DNA from: Polymyxa betae A26-41
Taxonomy: Eukaryota; Protista; Endomyxa: Phytomyxea
Length of the DNA: 60,999 nucleotides
Direction: 5' to 3'
NCBI GenBank assembly: GCA_003693705.1
Contig: RBZT01000574.1
Coordinates: 1 to 60,999 of the forward strand
The notes under the pieces: model-generated
The model's database searches: none
Told to the model about the DNA's origin: nothing
Seen by the model: only the letters and a program-made list of their open reading frames with translations
Position numbers and translations under genes: made by a program
Part shown: piece after piece, positions 60,038 to 60,999 of the stretch
Position numbering within the stretch: position 1 is the stretch's first letter
Layout: each line of letters starts with the position of its first letter

Positions 60038-60999
60038 TTACCCCCTTCTAGACGAGCGGGTACCAGACGCTCGAGAGGGTTGTGAGGCAGTGAAGGCTGA
60101 ACCGGGAAGATCGGGGTGGAGACGATGGAATTCGGCGACAAGGCCAGGAACGTCTGTGGCAATGACATCGGCAGGCTCCCATGAACGATCAGCAGGACCA
60201 TAACCTTGCCAATCAATAAGATACTGGAGCTTGGAACGAAAATATCGGGAGTCCAGAATAGAGTTGACCAGGTAGTGAGGTGTCAGGAATGGGTCGTTGT
60301 CGACGAAGACAGGGTGACGTGGACGTTGGACACGGTGAGGGATGGTGTTGGGAACGTGAGGGGTGAGGAGAGAGACGTGGAAGACTGGGTGGATTTCATA
60401 GATGGCGGGAGGTCGAGCTCAACAGTAACAGGACCTAAAACGCGTTTGATGGGGAAGGGACCAATCTTGCGGGACGAAAGTTTGGGGCAGGGACGGGCGG
60501 AGGGGATGTTAGAGGTTGACAACCAGACACGGTCACCAACGGAGTAGGTAGGGGCAGGAGCACGATGACGATCAGCATAGTCTTGATAGCGTTGCTGGGC
60601 GACGGAGATCTGGTCGCGGAGCCAGGAGTGGAGCTCGGTGAGGGACTTGGCGTAAGATTCGGCACGAGGAACTTGGGCAGTGGAGGGGATAGTAGGATCA
60701 AATTTAGGATGATAACCACGAAGCGCGAAGAGCGGGGACACACCAGTAGCGGCATGTTGAGAGTTGTTGTAGGAGAATTCGGCGAGAGGAAGGCGCTGCG
60801 ACCAGTCGGATTGGCGGTAGGAGGTGTAGCAGCGGAGGTACTGCTCGAGGACTTGGTTGAGGCGTTCGGTTTGACCGTTTGTTTGGCAGTGGCAAACCGG
60901 ATGTTAGAGAGACATCTGCTCCAAGAAGTTCGAAGAGGCGGTTCCAGAACTTCGAGATGAATTGAGGACCACGATCGCTGATGATCTGGTCGGGGACGC
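60038..60999 (-). mobile_element. Ty3/gypsy chromovirus pol 3' end: integrase + chromodomain, frameshifted
   Basis: [49 protein letters not shown], (I)HPVFHVSLL, QYLIDWQGYGPADRSWEP; PPT. Confidence 0.92.

Noticed and set aside
60283-60999. Programmed frameshifts in the integrase
   Set aside because: Positions are atypical and near an assembly gap; decay or sequence error is more likely

Overview
Gene-dense, intron-rich eukaryotic DNA, not prokaryotic: short GT-AG introns, very short intergenic gaps and TTT(T)AGGG telomere-like tracts. The style resembles a flagellated protist such as a phytomyxid/plasmodiophorid, but that is inference only. About 28 genes were reconstructed by manual splicing: UTP13, a multi-exon ankyrin-EDR1-pseudokinase, ICMT/STE14, RAD51C, INO80B/IES2, an RS/RD-rich Hub1/UBL5 fusion, a CAP/PR-1 protein, a SAP protein, TAP42, an Unkempt-like CCCH protein, mitochondrial PheRS, a Nudix hydrolase, a secreted Ser/Thr/Pro/Asn repeat protein, RNase Z, two small membrane paralogs, an atypical Rab-like GTPase missing from the ORF track, a membrane alpha/beta hydrolase, two LURP-one paralogs, a 2OG-Fe(II) oxygenase, an Ariadne RBR ligase, a TMEM249-like protein, a coiled-coil protein, a PH-RCC1-FYVE protein and a Harbinger-type DDE protein. 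A chromovirus LTR fragment ends the window. Top leads: (1) Hub1 fused to an SR-like domain and carrying Leu at position 63; (2) the ANK-EDR1-pseudokinase architecture; (3) a TMEM249/CatSper-theta homolog in a protist; (4) telomeric repeats inside introns; (5) an apparent intron gain flanked by 10-bp direct repeats; (6) head-to-head ATGs only 20 bp apart. Family calls come from motif recognition, not database searches.
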